Assembly: GCA_046757165.1 (NCBI GenBank)
Contig: JBHHXT010000177.1
Coordinates: 1-10,401, forward strand
Direction of reading: 5' to 3'
DNA from: a bacterium
Lineage (GTDB): Bacteria > Zhuqueibacterota > Zhuqueibacteria > Oceanimicrobiales > Oceanimicrobiaceae
DNA length: 10,401 nucleotides
Shown piece by piece: positions 1 to 7,321 of the stretch; position 1 is the first letter of the stretch; each line of letters opens with the position of its first letter. The position numbers and the translations under genes were made by a program. The notes below the pieces were generated by a model. That model was not told the DNA's origin. It made no database searches and worked only from the letters and a program-made list of their open reading frames with translations.

Positions 1-68
1 GGTTGGCTCGAACCGGCAGATTCATCCTGCTCACGAGGTTGGCTGGAACCTGCAGATTCATCCTGCTC
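1..68 (-). repeat. 36-bp-period tandem repeat (units 37-68 and 1-32; 30/32 identical), possibly continuing beyond the window
   Basis: ggttggctCgaaccGgcagattcatcctgctc (1-32) versus ggttggctGgaaccTgcagattcatcctgctc (37-68). Confidence 0.95.
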
Positions 69-104
69 TGCCCGTGTAATGGGCTGAACTTGTTTCTTCT
101 GCAT
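1..104 (-). CDS. 5' part of a tandem-repeat protein/peptide (MQKKQVQPITRA-EQDESAGSSQPR-EQDESAGSSQP...), truncated by the window edge
   Basis: ATG at 104-102 is preceded by AAGGAGGT (plus-strand acctcctt 109-116). The frame is open to the edge. It has an in-frame 36-bp repeat whose two differences are synonymous. Confidence 0.8.
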   Translation of the reverse strand, partial: MQKKQVQPITRAEQDESAGSSQPREQDESAGSSQ

Positions 105-294
105 AATGACCTCCTTGCTTTGATTCCTCAATGAGTTAGTCTATTGAGTGGCTAATTTGCAAGAAAAGATATTTTGCCGGGCTGACACGCCTGCGCTCGA
201 AATGTTGAACCAAATCAGCCCTTTCTAAGCCCAGGCGAAACAAAGAATGAAATTGTGATGGAAGAATCGGTCTGGTTGTTTGCAGAGCCTCGAG

Positions 295-1485
295 CTAATC
301 TTCAAGCAAGCGCAAGAGCATGTCCTGGCTCTGGTGCTTGAACTCGCTTCCGGCGCCAATCTTGTTCAGATACCCAATCGCGGCAGCTTTGTTTCCCGCC
401 ACTGCATTTGTCAGGCCCAGGAAGTAGGTTTCTCTGTCGCGGTCGCTCTGCCCGATGGCCAATTCATCGGCAACCTCTAAATGCGCAATGGCTTTCTCGG
501 TGAGGTCGGCGATCTCCCCCCGGTCAAGTGTGCTGCGCTCCGTTCTCGAATACGCAAAGTAGGACAGTCCCAGATAAAAATGGGTTTCTCGTGCAAGCCG
601 GGTCCAATTCGCCTTAGCCTTGTTGACGTTGGCGATGCGCGGGTCCTGAGCCACGTTCTCAAAGAGCGGGATGGCAGCCGCATAGTCATAGGCCAGATAT
701 TCGACCCTGGCTTGCTTAAATGCATTGAGCAGTGTCAGATACTCCCGGTCGCCCTGGGTCTCTGAACCGCCCCCCCGGAGAACAGGAGCGTTTCGCTCCT
801 CGTGAGGCACAATGTTGTCATAAACGGGTCCGGAAAGTCTGTCCGCCTCCCGGACATGCAATATGAAGGTTGCCAGCAAAACAACGACGATAACAGGGAC
901 GGCTTGCACAAAACGCGGCATGCGGATCAGTGCATCACGAAGCCTGCGAAAGAAGGCAGCAACTTTCGGCCACATGCCAGCATGTAGCCGGGCACTCGCA
1001 CGCTGTGCCTGTGCGCCATCTACCGCTTGAATGACAATGGCAAGGGCCTCATCGTCGGTTTTCAGCTTGATGTTGGCGAACTCCGGGATCTCTGCCATCA
1101 CCAACTCTGGCGTCACCGACCTGATTTTCAACAGAACGTTTTTGTAGAAAGCTGGCGAGCAGCGCAGGCCTTTCACAAACGCAGCACAGTCCCCGTCCTC
1201 GGGGTCGCCGGCCAGGAGACGCAGCAGCAAGCGGTCCAGGTCGCTGAGGGTGGCAGGAAACGCTTCATCGCCCCGCTCTGCCTCCGTTTCAAGCTGTTGC
1301 TTTGCCTGGTCGATGAGCTCGAGAAGCAAATCATACTCCGCGTGTTGCTCTTTGACCGCCATGATTTGGCGAGTCTCATCCTGGTTGAGCTTGCCACTCA
1401 AATAGGCAACGATCATCTCATGGGACATCGCCGGCTCGGCATCCCATTCTGAGGGAACCCCTGATTCATGGCTCTTGTTTTTCAC
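295..1485 (-). CDS. Single-pass membrane protein, putative anti-sigma/sensor with C-terminal TPR-like helices (~396 aa)
   Basis: The likely start is GTG 1485, overlapping the upstream TGA (GTGA coupling), not 1632. The N-terminus 'SHEMIVAYLSGKLNQDETRQI' resembles the first helices of anti-sigma domains. There is a hydrophobic segment 'FVQAVPVIVVVLLATFILHV' and TPR-like segments 'YAAAIPLFE', 'THFYLGLSY', 'TYFLGLTNAVAGNKAAAIGYL'. Confidence 0.7.
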   Translation of the reverse strand: MKNKSHESGVPSEWDAEPAMSHEMIVAYLSGKLNQDETRQIMAVKEQHAEYDLLLELIDQAKQQLETEAERGDEAFPATLSDLDRLLLRLLAGDPEDGDCAAFVKGLRCSPAFYKNVLLKIRSVTPELVMAEIPEFANIKLKTDDEALAIVIQAVDGAQAQRASARLHAGMWPKVAAFFRRLRDALIRMPRFVQAVPVIVVVLLATFILHVREADRLSGPVYDNIVPHEERNAPVLRGGGSETQGDREYLTLLNAFKQARVEYLAYDYAAAIPLFENVAQDPRIANVNKAKANWTRLARETHFYLGLSYFAYSRTERSTLDRGEIADLTEKAIAHLEVADELAIGQSDRDRETYFLGLTNAVAGNKAAAIGYLNKIGAGSEFKHQSQDMLLRLLED

Positions 1486-1928
1486 GACGTTTTCCCGCTT
1501 TTTGAGAGATTTTGCAACTGGAGACAATAATCGCGCAGCACGTGACTGTATTCCTGGAAACAACTGTAGCAGCTGTTGAGATGTCTCGCCAAACGGAAGC
1601 AATAATTGCCACTTGCCGGATCGGGCAGACACCCCAGCAGGTGGACGATGTAAAAATCTTCATTGCCAGCTAACAGACAGGGATCGCCCTGGCAGGCCGT
1701 TTTGGGAATAGCCTCAACCACGGGGACGGCTGAGCTGACGTCCGCCACAAACGCCTGATAGCGCTGGCGCAATCGCAGCAGTTGCCCGTTCTCCTCGGAG
1801 TTGCCCACGGGCAACGGCCCTTCAGAAATTGTGTATTTCAGGATGGCTAGCGCGCCACCCAGAGTCAATTCTGTGGCAATCATATTCTCATTCGATGGTC
1901 TTGTTACTATAGTCTGAGATTCGGACAA
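1482..1928 (-). CDS. Small soluble protein with C-terminal zinc-binding anti-sigma (ZAS/zf-HC2-like) motif
   Basis: HLNSCYSC = H-x3-C-x2-C at 1583-1560. It starts 7 nt after the sigma factor stop. The start is uncertain (TTG 1928 or ATG 1883). Confidence 0.7.
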   Translation of the reverse strand: MSESQTIVTRPSNENMIATELTLGGALAILKYTISEGPLPVGNSEENGQLLRLRQRYQAFVADVSSAVPVVEAIPKTACQGDPCLLAGNEDFYIVHLLGCLPDPASGNYCFRLARHLNSCYSCFQEYSHVLRDYCLQLQNLSKSGKTS

Positions 1929-1935
1929 AATTCTC

Positions 1936-2583
1936 TCAAAAATTTTCCACCAAATCTCGATTTTTTCGCAAACAGGTCCGCATGCGGTGGACCACGACGT
2001 CTACTGTCCTGTGACCCAACTCCTTAAAACAAGGCATGTCCTGTAGCATGGCTCGCGAGAAGTCACTCCAAATGTACAGGTTGAAAATATTTATGTCCCG
2101 CTCGGTGTTCGGCGCCCTCCCGCCACAGCCTCGCATGATTTTGACGCAATCATCGTAAAGCTGGGAGCGAATCTCAGGATGCACATCAGCCAGGCGCTTT
2201 CTCATCTCCTCGACGGCCTGATGATTAAGAGGGACAAGGTAGTGTTTGTCGACGTAGGTGTAGGTCGTCATATTGCAGATCTTGGCAAGCCAGGCCATGA
2301 AGACAGTCTCGTTGTCGTGTCTCCGGAACTCACTGAGCGCCTTGCAGCGATGTCTGCAAATGTTGATGAGAACCTCCTCGAAAACATCATCCGCCACCGC
2401 GTTGAGCTCGCGGTTCAGACGCGGCTGATTGAATTTCAAGCACCGTTTCATGATGGCCGAATACATATACGTTTTATAACGCTTGATGAGCTCTCGCCAG
2501 GAATTCTGCCATTCTGGCGAATCGGGATCGCTGCAGTGGTGTAGAATGGTTGCCAGAGGGTGCTGGTTGTGCGACTGTGACAT
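1936..2583 (-). CDS. ECF-type RNA polymerase sigma-70 factor (divergent), 215 aa
   Basis: Region-2-like 'WRELIKRYKTYMY...ADDVFEEVLINI...FMAWLAKIC' and region-4-like 'ERDINIFNLYIW...TVDVVVHRMRTCLRK'. GAGGGG RBS upstream. Adjacent to a ZAS-motif gene. Confidence 0.8.
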   Translation of the reverse strand: MSQSHNQHPLATILHHCSDPDSPEWQNSWRELIKRYKTYMYSAIMKRCLKFNQPRLNRELNAVADDVFEEVLINICRHRCKALSEFRRHDNETVFMAWLAKICNMTTYTYVDKHYLVPLNHQAVEEMRKRLADVHPEIRSQLYDDCVKIMRGCGGRAPNTERDINIFNLYIWSDFSRAMLQDMPCFKELGHRTVDVVVHRMRTCLRKNRDLVENF

Positions 2584-2741
2584 TGGCTGAGTTTCCCCTC
2601 TTTCAGTTTGTTCGGATTCACCAAGAATTCCTCCTCCCGTTCACTTGCGAGGCCCCTTTCTTGATCAGATTATTGCTACCACAGTGAAGAAGACCAATCT
2701 AAGTGCGGCGGCCTGGCCGGAAGTGCCACATTCATTAAGAT

Positions 2742-2769
2742 AATTTAAATAAAATATTAATTATTTCAA
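2742..2769 (-). promoter_or_regulatory. Possible sigma70-type promoter for the ECF operon (TTGAAA-N16-TAAATT)
   Basis: Very AT-rich tract 2731-2770 just downstream of the terminator. The boxes match consensus only partially, so a chance match is possible. Confidence 0.35.
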
Positions 2770-2781
2770 GGTTAATCGAGT

Positions 2782-2817
2782 AAAACAAAACAAAAAAGGC
2801 ACCCGGGTGGGTGCCTT
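2782..2817 (-). terminator. Intrinsic terminator downstream of uxaC and the tRNA remnant
   Basis: 9-bp stem aaggcaccc (2796-2804), 4-nt loop, gggtgcctt (2809-2817). On the minus strand it runs into TTTTTTGTTTTGTTTT. Confidence 0.85.
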
Positions 2818-2856
2818 ACAGGAGTAGCCCAAATCAGTCTAGTGATAAGCTGTTTC

Positions 2857-2905
2857 TGTGGCCAGGCGCAGAATCGAACTGGGGACACACGGACCTCTCA
2901 GTCCG
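2857..2905 (-). repeat. Degenerate duplicate of the tRNA-Phe 3' half (att-like direct repeat)
   Basis: tgtggccaggcgcagaatcgaactgGggacacacggaCCTCtcagtccg matches 10354-10401, except for one T-stem substitution and ttt->cctc in the anticodon loop. There is no 5' half of a tRNA next to it. Confidence 0.92.
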
Positions 2906-4334
2906 TCGGGTCCTGCAATCTGTATGTATTCTTCGCCAGGTCATACGCGAGATCTTTGGCCATCGCCTCGGCTTCCCGACTGTCGATGATGTGCCTGGCT
3001 AGCAGGCGACCGAGGTAATTGCAATCGATTCTCCGCGCCAAATCGTGTCTGGCAGGAATCGAGAGGAAGGCGCGGGTGTCGTCGTTGAAGCCGGCGGTAT
3101 TGTAGATGCCGGCGGTCTCGAGCACGCGCTCTCGAAATCGCGTCATGCCTTCGATGCTGTCATGAAACCACCAGGGCGGACCGAGTCTGATGGCTGGATA
3201 ATGACCGGCCAACGGAGCCAGCTCTCGCGAATAGGTCGATTCATCCAGGGTGAATAGAACCAGAGTGAAATTCGGGTCATTGCCGTATTTGTTCAACAGC
3301 GCATGAAGGTTGCGGGTGTACTCGGTCGGTAACGGAATGTCACCTCCCTTGTCGGCGCCAAAACGGTCAAAGACGCGCTGATTGTGATTGCGAAACGTGC
3401 CGGGATGGATTTGCATCACCAGCCCGTCTTCCAGGCTCATGCGGGCCATTTCCATGAGAAGACCAGCCGAGAAGAGAACGGCATCCTGCTCCGTTGCACT
3501 CCCTTTGTGCGCCCGCCGGAAAATGGTCTCGGCTTCGCCAGGCGACAACTCATGCGTATAGGGGGTCACGACCGCGTGGTCTGTTGACACACAGCCCAGC
3601 TCCTTGAAAAAGGTACGCCTGTCCTCGAGGGCTTCGATGAATCGCTTGTAAGACCCGAGCTCAACACCGTAAACTTCACCGAGTGCGGCCATATTTTCCT
3701 TCCAATCCGGCCGGCTGATGTCGGTGACGCCATCAGGCCGGAAACACGGAACGACTTTCCCTCTCCAGCCGGACCTCCTGATTTCTCTGTGGCATTCCAG
3801 GTTCGACTCCGCGGCGTCGGTGGTTGTCAGAACTTCAATATTGAAGCGCTCGAATAGCGCACGGGGCCGGAATTCCGGCGTTTGCAATTTGGCATGAATC
3901 TGATCATAGATTCGCAGCGCGGATTCGCTCGTCAACTTTTCCTCGATACCGAAAACTTCAGCAAATTCGTGATTCAGCCAGACACCGGTCGGCGTCCCGG
4001 CAAACAGATAATAATTGTCCGCAAAAAGTTGCCAGATCTTGCGATGGTCTGTTTCGACCTCAGTCCTGTCTCGCGTCGGCACACCGAGCGCTTCCATCGA
4101 CAGGCCTTGCGAGTAAAGCATTCGAAAAACGTAATGATCCGGAATGATGAGCAGCGCTGTCGGGTCCGGGAACGGTTGGTTGTTGCTGAACCACTCCGGA
4201 TCGGTGTGACCGTGGGGACTGATGATGGGCAAATCCCTGACGGTTTCATATAAGTCCCGGGCGAGCCGCCGCACAGCCGGGTCGGGATCGAAGAAGCGAT
4301 CTTCGTGTAAAATCAGGCTGCCAGAGCTGGACAC
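2898..4334 (-). CDS. uxaC: Uronate (glucuronate/galacturonate) isomerase
   Basis: Motifs 'LPIISPHGH', 'PDHYVFRML', 'MQIHPG', 'GPPWWFHDS', 'GFNDDTRAFLSIPARHDLARR'. AAGGAG (4346-4341) is best spaced to GTG 4334; ATG 4340 abuts it. Confidence 0.96.
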   Translation of the reverse strand: MSSSGSLILHEDRFFDPDPAVRRLARDLYETVRDLPIISPHGHTDPEWFSNNQPFPDPTALLIIPDHYVFRMLYSQGLSMEALGVPTRDRTEVETDHRKIWQLFADNYYLFAGTPTGVWLNHEFAEVFGIEEKLTSESALRIYDQIHAKLQTPEFRPRALFERFNIEVLTTTDAAESNLECHREIRRSGWRGKVVPCFRPDGVTDISRPDWKENMAALGEVYGVELGSYKRFIEALEDRRTFFKELGCVSTDHAVVTPYTHELSPGEAETIFRRAHKGSATEQDAVLFSAGLLMEMARMSLEDGLVMQIHPGTFRNHNQRVFDRFGADKGGDIPLPTEYTRNLHALLNKYGNDPNFTLVLFTLDESTYSRELAPLAGHYPAIRLGPPWWFHDSIEGMTRFRERVLETAGIYNTAGFNDDTRAFLSIPARHDLARRIDCNYLGRLLARHIIDSREAEAMAKDLAYDLAKNTYRLQDPTD

Positions 4335-4355
4335 ACACATCTCCTTCAAATGTTA

Positions 4356-5393
4356 CTATCTGGTGATGCCTTCCCAGAGTCCACTGAGGTACATGGCGCC
4401 GAGCGCCCGATCATACAATCCATAGCCCGGGCGCCCGGTTTCGCCCCAAATCATGCGGCCATGGTCCGGACGCACCGGCCCTTTGAAATCCACCTCATGA
4501 AATGCCTTCATCACTTCGAACATGTCAACGCTGCCAAATTGTGAAGGATGCAGACTCTCGTGAAAGCGTTTCTCGCCGATGACTCTGACGTTTCGGCAGT
4601 GGGCAAAGTGAATCCTGCCTTGCTTGCCAAACTGACGAATCATATCGGTCAGCCGGTTCTGCGGATCTGCACCGAGGGAGCCGGTACAAAAAGTCAAACC
4701 ATTGGAGGGGTTATCCACCAACTCGACAACCCGCTGCAAAGCCGCCTGATTGGTCAATATCCGGGGCAAGCCAAAAATGGACCATGGCGGGTCGTCCGGA
4801 TGGATGCCCATCACGACATTCGCTGCGCTGGCGACGGGTACGACTCTTTCAAGAAAGTACCCCAGGTTATCCCAAAGCTGCTCCTCACTGACATCCTTGT
4901 AGGCAGCGAGCAACGCGCCTAACTCTTCAGCGCTGTACGAGCGTGCCCAGCCGGGAAGTTCGCCGGTGCCGGCCGATAAATCGATGCCGGAAAGCCGTTC
5001 ATGATCATAACTCAGCGCTGTCGATCCATCCGCAAAGCGGGTTGCCAGGTCTGTGCGTGTCCAGTCGAAGACAGGCATAAAATTGTAACACAAGACCGGG
5101 ATACCCAGCGCTCCGACATTCTGAACGCTCTGGCAATAGGCGTCGATGAGGGGATCGCGTGTGGGACGACCGAGTTTGATGTCCTCGTGCACGGGAATAC
5201 TTTCGACCACATCAAAACGGAGTCCGCAAGACTCGATCTCACCTTTGAGCGCCGCCAGGCGAGAAGTTGGCCAGACTTCGCCGACCGGCACGTCGTACAG
5301 GGCGCTGACGATTCCGGCGACAGCAGGGATTTGTCTGATATTGGCCAGGGTTACAGGATCTTCAGGTCCAAACCATCTAAACGTCAATCGCAT
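4356..5393 (-). CDS. uxuA: Mannonate dehydratase
   Basis: 'MRLTFRWFG', 'VVESIPVHEDIK', 'CYNFMPVFDWTRT', 'HPDDPP', 'RPDHG', 'PGYGLYDRALG'. AAAGGGG RBS; tandem TAG TAA stops. Confidence 0.97.
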   Translation of the reverse strand: MRLTFRWFGPEDPVTLANIRQIPAVAGIVSALYDVPVGEVWPTSRLAALKGEIESCGLRFDVVESIPVHEDIKLGRPTRDPLIDAYCQSVQNVGALGIPVLCYNFMPVFDWTRTDLATRFADGSTALSYDHERLSGIDLSAGTGELPGWARSYSAEELGALLAAYKDVSEEQLWDNLGYFLERVVPVASAANVVMGIHPDDPPWSIFGLPRILTNQAALQRVVELVDNPSNGLTFCTGSLGADPQNRLTDMIRQFGKQGRIHFAHCRNVRVIGEKRFHESLHPSQFGSVDMFEVMKAFHEVDFKGPVRPDHGRMIWGETGRPGYGLYDRALGAMYLSGLWEGITR

Positions 5394-5505
5394 CGTGCAT
5401 CCCTTTCAGACCGGTTTCGCACAAAAAACCGCCGTCAAGCCGAATCAACGTGCGGGTTCTTGCGGGTTTCAAAAGACGAGGTACGCTCTGAGGCCACATT
5501 TCAAT

Positions 5506-6804
5506 CTAGAATCCAAATTGTCGTGGCAGCCACAGACTCAGGTCCGGCCACAAGGTCACGATCAGGAGACTGATGATCATCGCAATCCACAACGGCAGCA
5601 GAGGCTTGATGACCTTCGTGATCGGGAGTTTGGCGACGCCGCAGCCCACGAACAGCACGCTTCCCACGGGCGGTGTGCAGAGTCCGACACACAGATTCAG
5701 AACCATGACAATTCCGAAATGGACCGGGTGAACCCCCAGCGTCGTGACCACCGGCAGGAATATCGGCGTAAAAATGAGCACCGCCGGCGTCATGTCCATG
5801 AACGTCCCCACCACAAGCAGGATGACATTGATGATCAACAGAATGGCGACCTTGTTCTCCGTGATGGAAATCAAGGCCGCACTGATATTTTGCGGGATAT
5901 TTTCGTAGGACATGATCCACGACATCCCGATGGAGGTGGCGATCAGCAGCATCACAATTGCTGTCGTCGATGCGGTGTCGAGAAGAACCTGCGGCAGGTC
6001 CCGCCAGCTCACTTCACGATAAACCAGGACCGACAGCACAAAGGTGTAGAGAACCGCAATCGCTGAAGCCTCGGTTGCGGTAAAGATACCCCGGACGATG
6101 CCACCAATGACAATGACCAGCAGGGCGAGACTGGGCAAGGCGGCCCACAACGTAACCATCATCTGCTTCACACTCACCGCGCTGGCGGTCGGATAATGCC
6201 GTCGAAATGCGAACACAGCCGCAACGATCATGAGGGCCACACCGACAAGGAGTCCAGGCAGATATCCGGCAAGAAACAGGGCAGCGATCGATGAGCCTCC
6301 GCTGGCAAGCGCGTAAACAATCAGGATGTTGCTGGGCGGGATCACCAGTCCGGTGGTCGAGGAGGTAATATTGATGGCCGCCGCAAAGTTCTTTTCATAG
6401 CCCTCCTTCGCCATCATCGGAACCATGAACCCGCCAATGGCGGCGGCCGCCGCTACCGCTGAACCCGAAATCGCACCAAACAGCATACACGCCACGATGT
6501 TGACGAACGCCAGTCCGCCGGGTGCAATTCCCACCAGCGTCTTCGCGAAGTCGATCAAGCGGCGCGCGATGCCGCCGCGGTTCATCAATTGCCCCGCCAG
6601 GACAAAAAACGGTATCGCAAGCAGGGCAAAGCTGTCGAGTCCGGTCGCCATCTGATGGGCAAGGGTGGTCAGCGCAGGCAAGGTGTCGATCGTAAAAAAC
6701 ATGGTCAGGACCGTGGCGATCCCAATGCTGAATGGAATCGGCACCCCCAGAATGAGCAGCGTAAAAAAGCAGGCAGCGAGAAAAACGGTTTCCGTAGCGG
6801 CCAT
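5506..6804 (-). CDS. dctM: TRAP transporter large permease (432 aa)
   Basis: 'LLAIPFFVLAGQLMNRGG', 'FGAISGSAVA', 'IPPS', 'FTATEAS', 'GLCTPPVG'. The start is probably ATG 6804 (MAATET), 4 nt after the dctQ stop. Confidence 0.95.
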   Translation of the reverse strand: MAATETVFLAACFFTLLILGVPIPFSIGIATVLTMFFTIDTLPALTTLAHQMATGLDSFALLAIPFFVLAGQLMNRGGIARRLIDFAKTLVGIAPGGLAFVNIVACMLFGAISGSAVAAAAAIGGFMVPMMAKEGYEKNFAAAINITSSTTGLVIPPSNILIVYALASGGSSIAALFLAGYLPGLLVGVALMIVAAVFAFRRHYPTASAVSVKQMMVTLWAALPSLALLVIVIGGIVRGIFTATEASAIAVLYTFVLSVLVYREVSWRDLPQVLLDTASTTAIVMLLIATSIGMSWIMSYENIPQNISAALISITENKVAILLIINVILLVVGTFMDMTPAVLIFTPIFLPVVTTLGVHPVHFGIVMVLNLCVGLCTPPVGSVLFVGCGVAKLPITKVIKPLLPLWIAMIISLLIVTLWPDLSLWLPRQFGF

Positions 6805-6808
6805 CGCC

Positions 6809-7321
6809 TCATATTCCCTTTTCTGAAGGCGCGAAACGCGCAACTTTGAGTTGTGAAACACTCTCCCCTATCATGAGAAAAGTGTAGAACATCATCAGAA
6901 TTCCGCTCAGGGGCAGCACGACATAAACATAGCCCACCTTGATCCGGAGAGCCGCTGAAATCTGCTCCAGAGAGAGGGTCACATCCACCAGATTGATGCC
7001 GCCAACAACCATCACAAAAGCCGCGAACGCAAAAATGCAAACCGCGATAAAGAGTTCCAGCACAATTTGGGGCAGGCCAGCCAGTCGAGCTGTCAACAGG
7101 TCAATGGCCAGATGCATCTTCTTCCCGACACCGTAGGCAGCGCCGAGAAGGCCAACCCAGATCAACAAGTAGCGGGCCAGCTCTTCCGTGAAGGAGCTCG
7201 GGGCTTCCAGGATAAAACGCGTGAAAACCTGCCAAAGGACATTCAGGACATTGGCAGCCATGAGCCCAACCAGCGCCCATTCCAGAAACCTGTCAACGTA
7301 TGTTTGAATTTTTCGCATCAT
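6809..7321 (-). CDS. dctQ: TRAP transporter small permease
   Basis: Four hydrophobic segments, 'QVFTRF', 'EELARYLLIWVGLLGA', 'HLAIDLL'. ATGA overlap with the dctP stop. Confidence 0.93.
   Translation of the reverse strand: MMRKIQTYVDRFLEWALVGLMAANVLNVLWQVFTRFILEAPSSFTEELARYLLIWVGLLGAAYGVGKKMHLAIDLLTARLAGLPQIVLELFIAVCIFAFAAFVMVVGGINLVDVTLSLEQISAALRIKVGYVYVVLPLSGILMMFYTFLMIGESVSQLKVARFAPSEKGI

Noticed and set aside
1..68. 36-bp periodic repeat as a CRISPR array
   Set aside because: The units are nearly contiguous (4 nt between), in frame and vary only synonymously. There are no spacers and no cas genes.
770..776. G7 tract in the TPR gene as a phase-variation site
   Set aside because: It is short and explained by Arg-Gly-Gly codons, and the frame is intact.
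1486..1632. ORF-track N-terminal extensions (1632; likewise 6861, 8984, 10188)
   Set aside because: They overlap upstream genes, lack an RBS or coincide with the -35 box. Better-supported starts are 1485, 6804, 8912 and 10125.
2857..2935. Complete tRNA with an expanded 8-nt anticodon loop (frameshift suppressor)
   Set aside because: There is no 5' acceptor strand (GGCCAGG) or D arm upstream, that DNA is uxaC coding sequence, and the T stem has a mismatch.
2811..3002. 63-aa plus-strand ORF containing 'WPGAESNWGHTD'
   Set aside because: This is the typical spurious translation of a tRNA antisense strand.
5400..5500. Terminator or structured RNA between dctM and uxuA (A6 tract, TGCGGGTT twice)
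   Set aside because: Only imperfect pairing was found by eye, which is not enough to call without folding or conservation data.
5146..6066. 306-aa plus-strand ORF and the other plus-strand ORFs (e.g. 5001-5573, 9271-9762, 1027-1452)
   Set aside because: They are antisense shadows of well-supported minus-strand genes, with no recognisable motifs.
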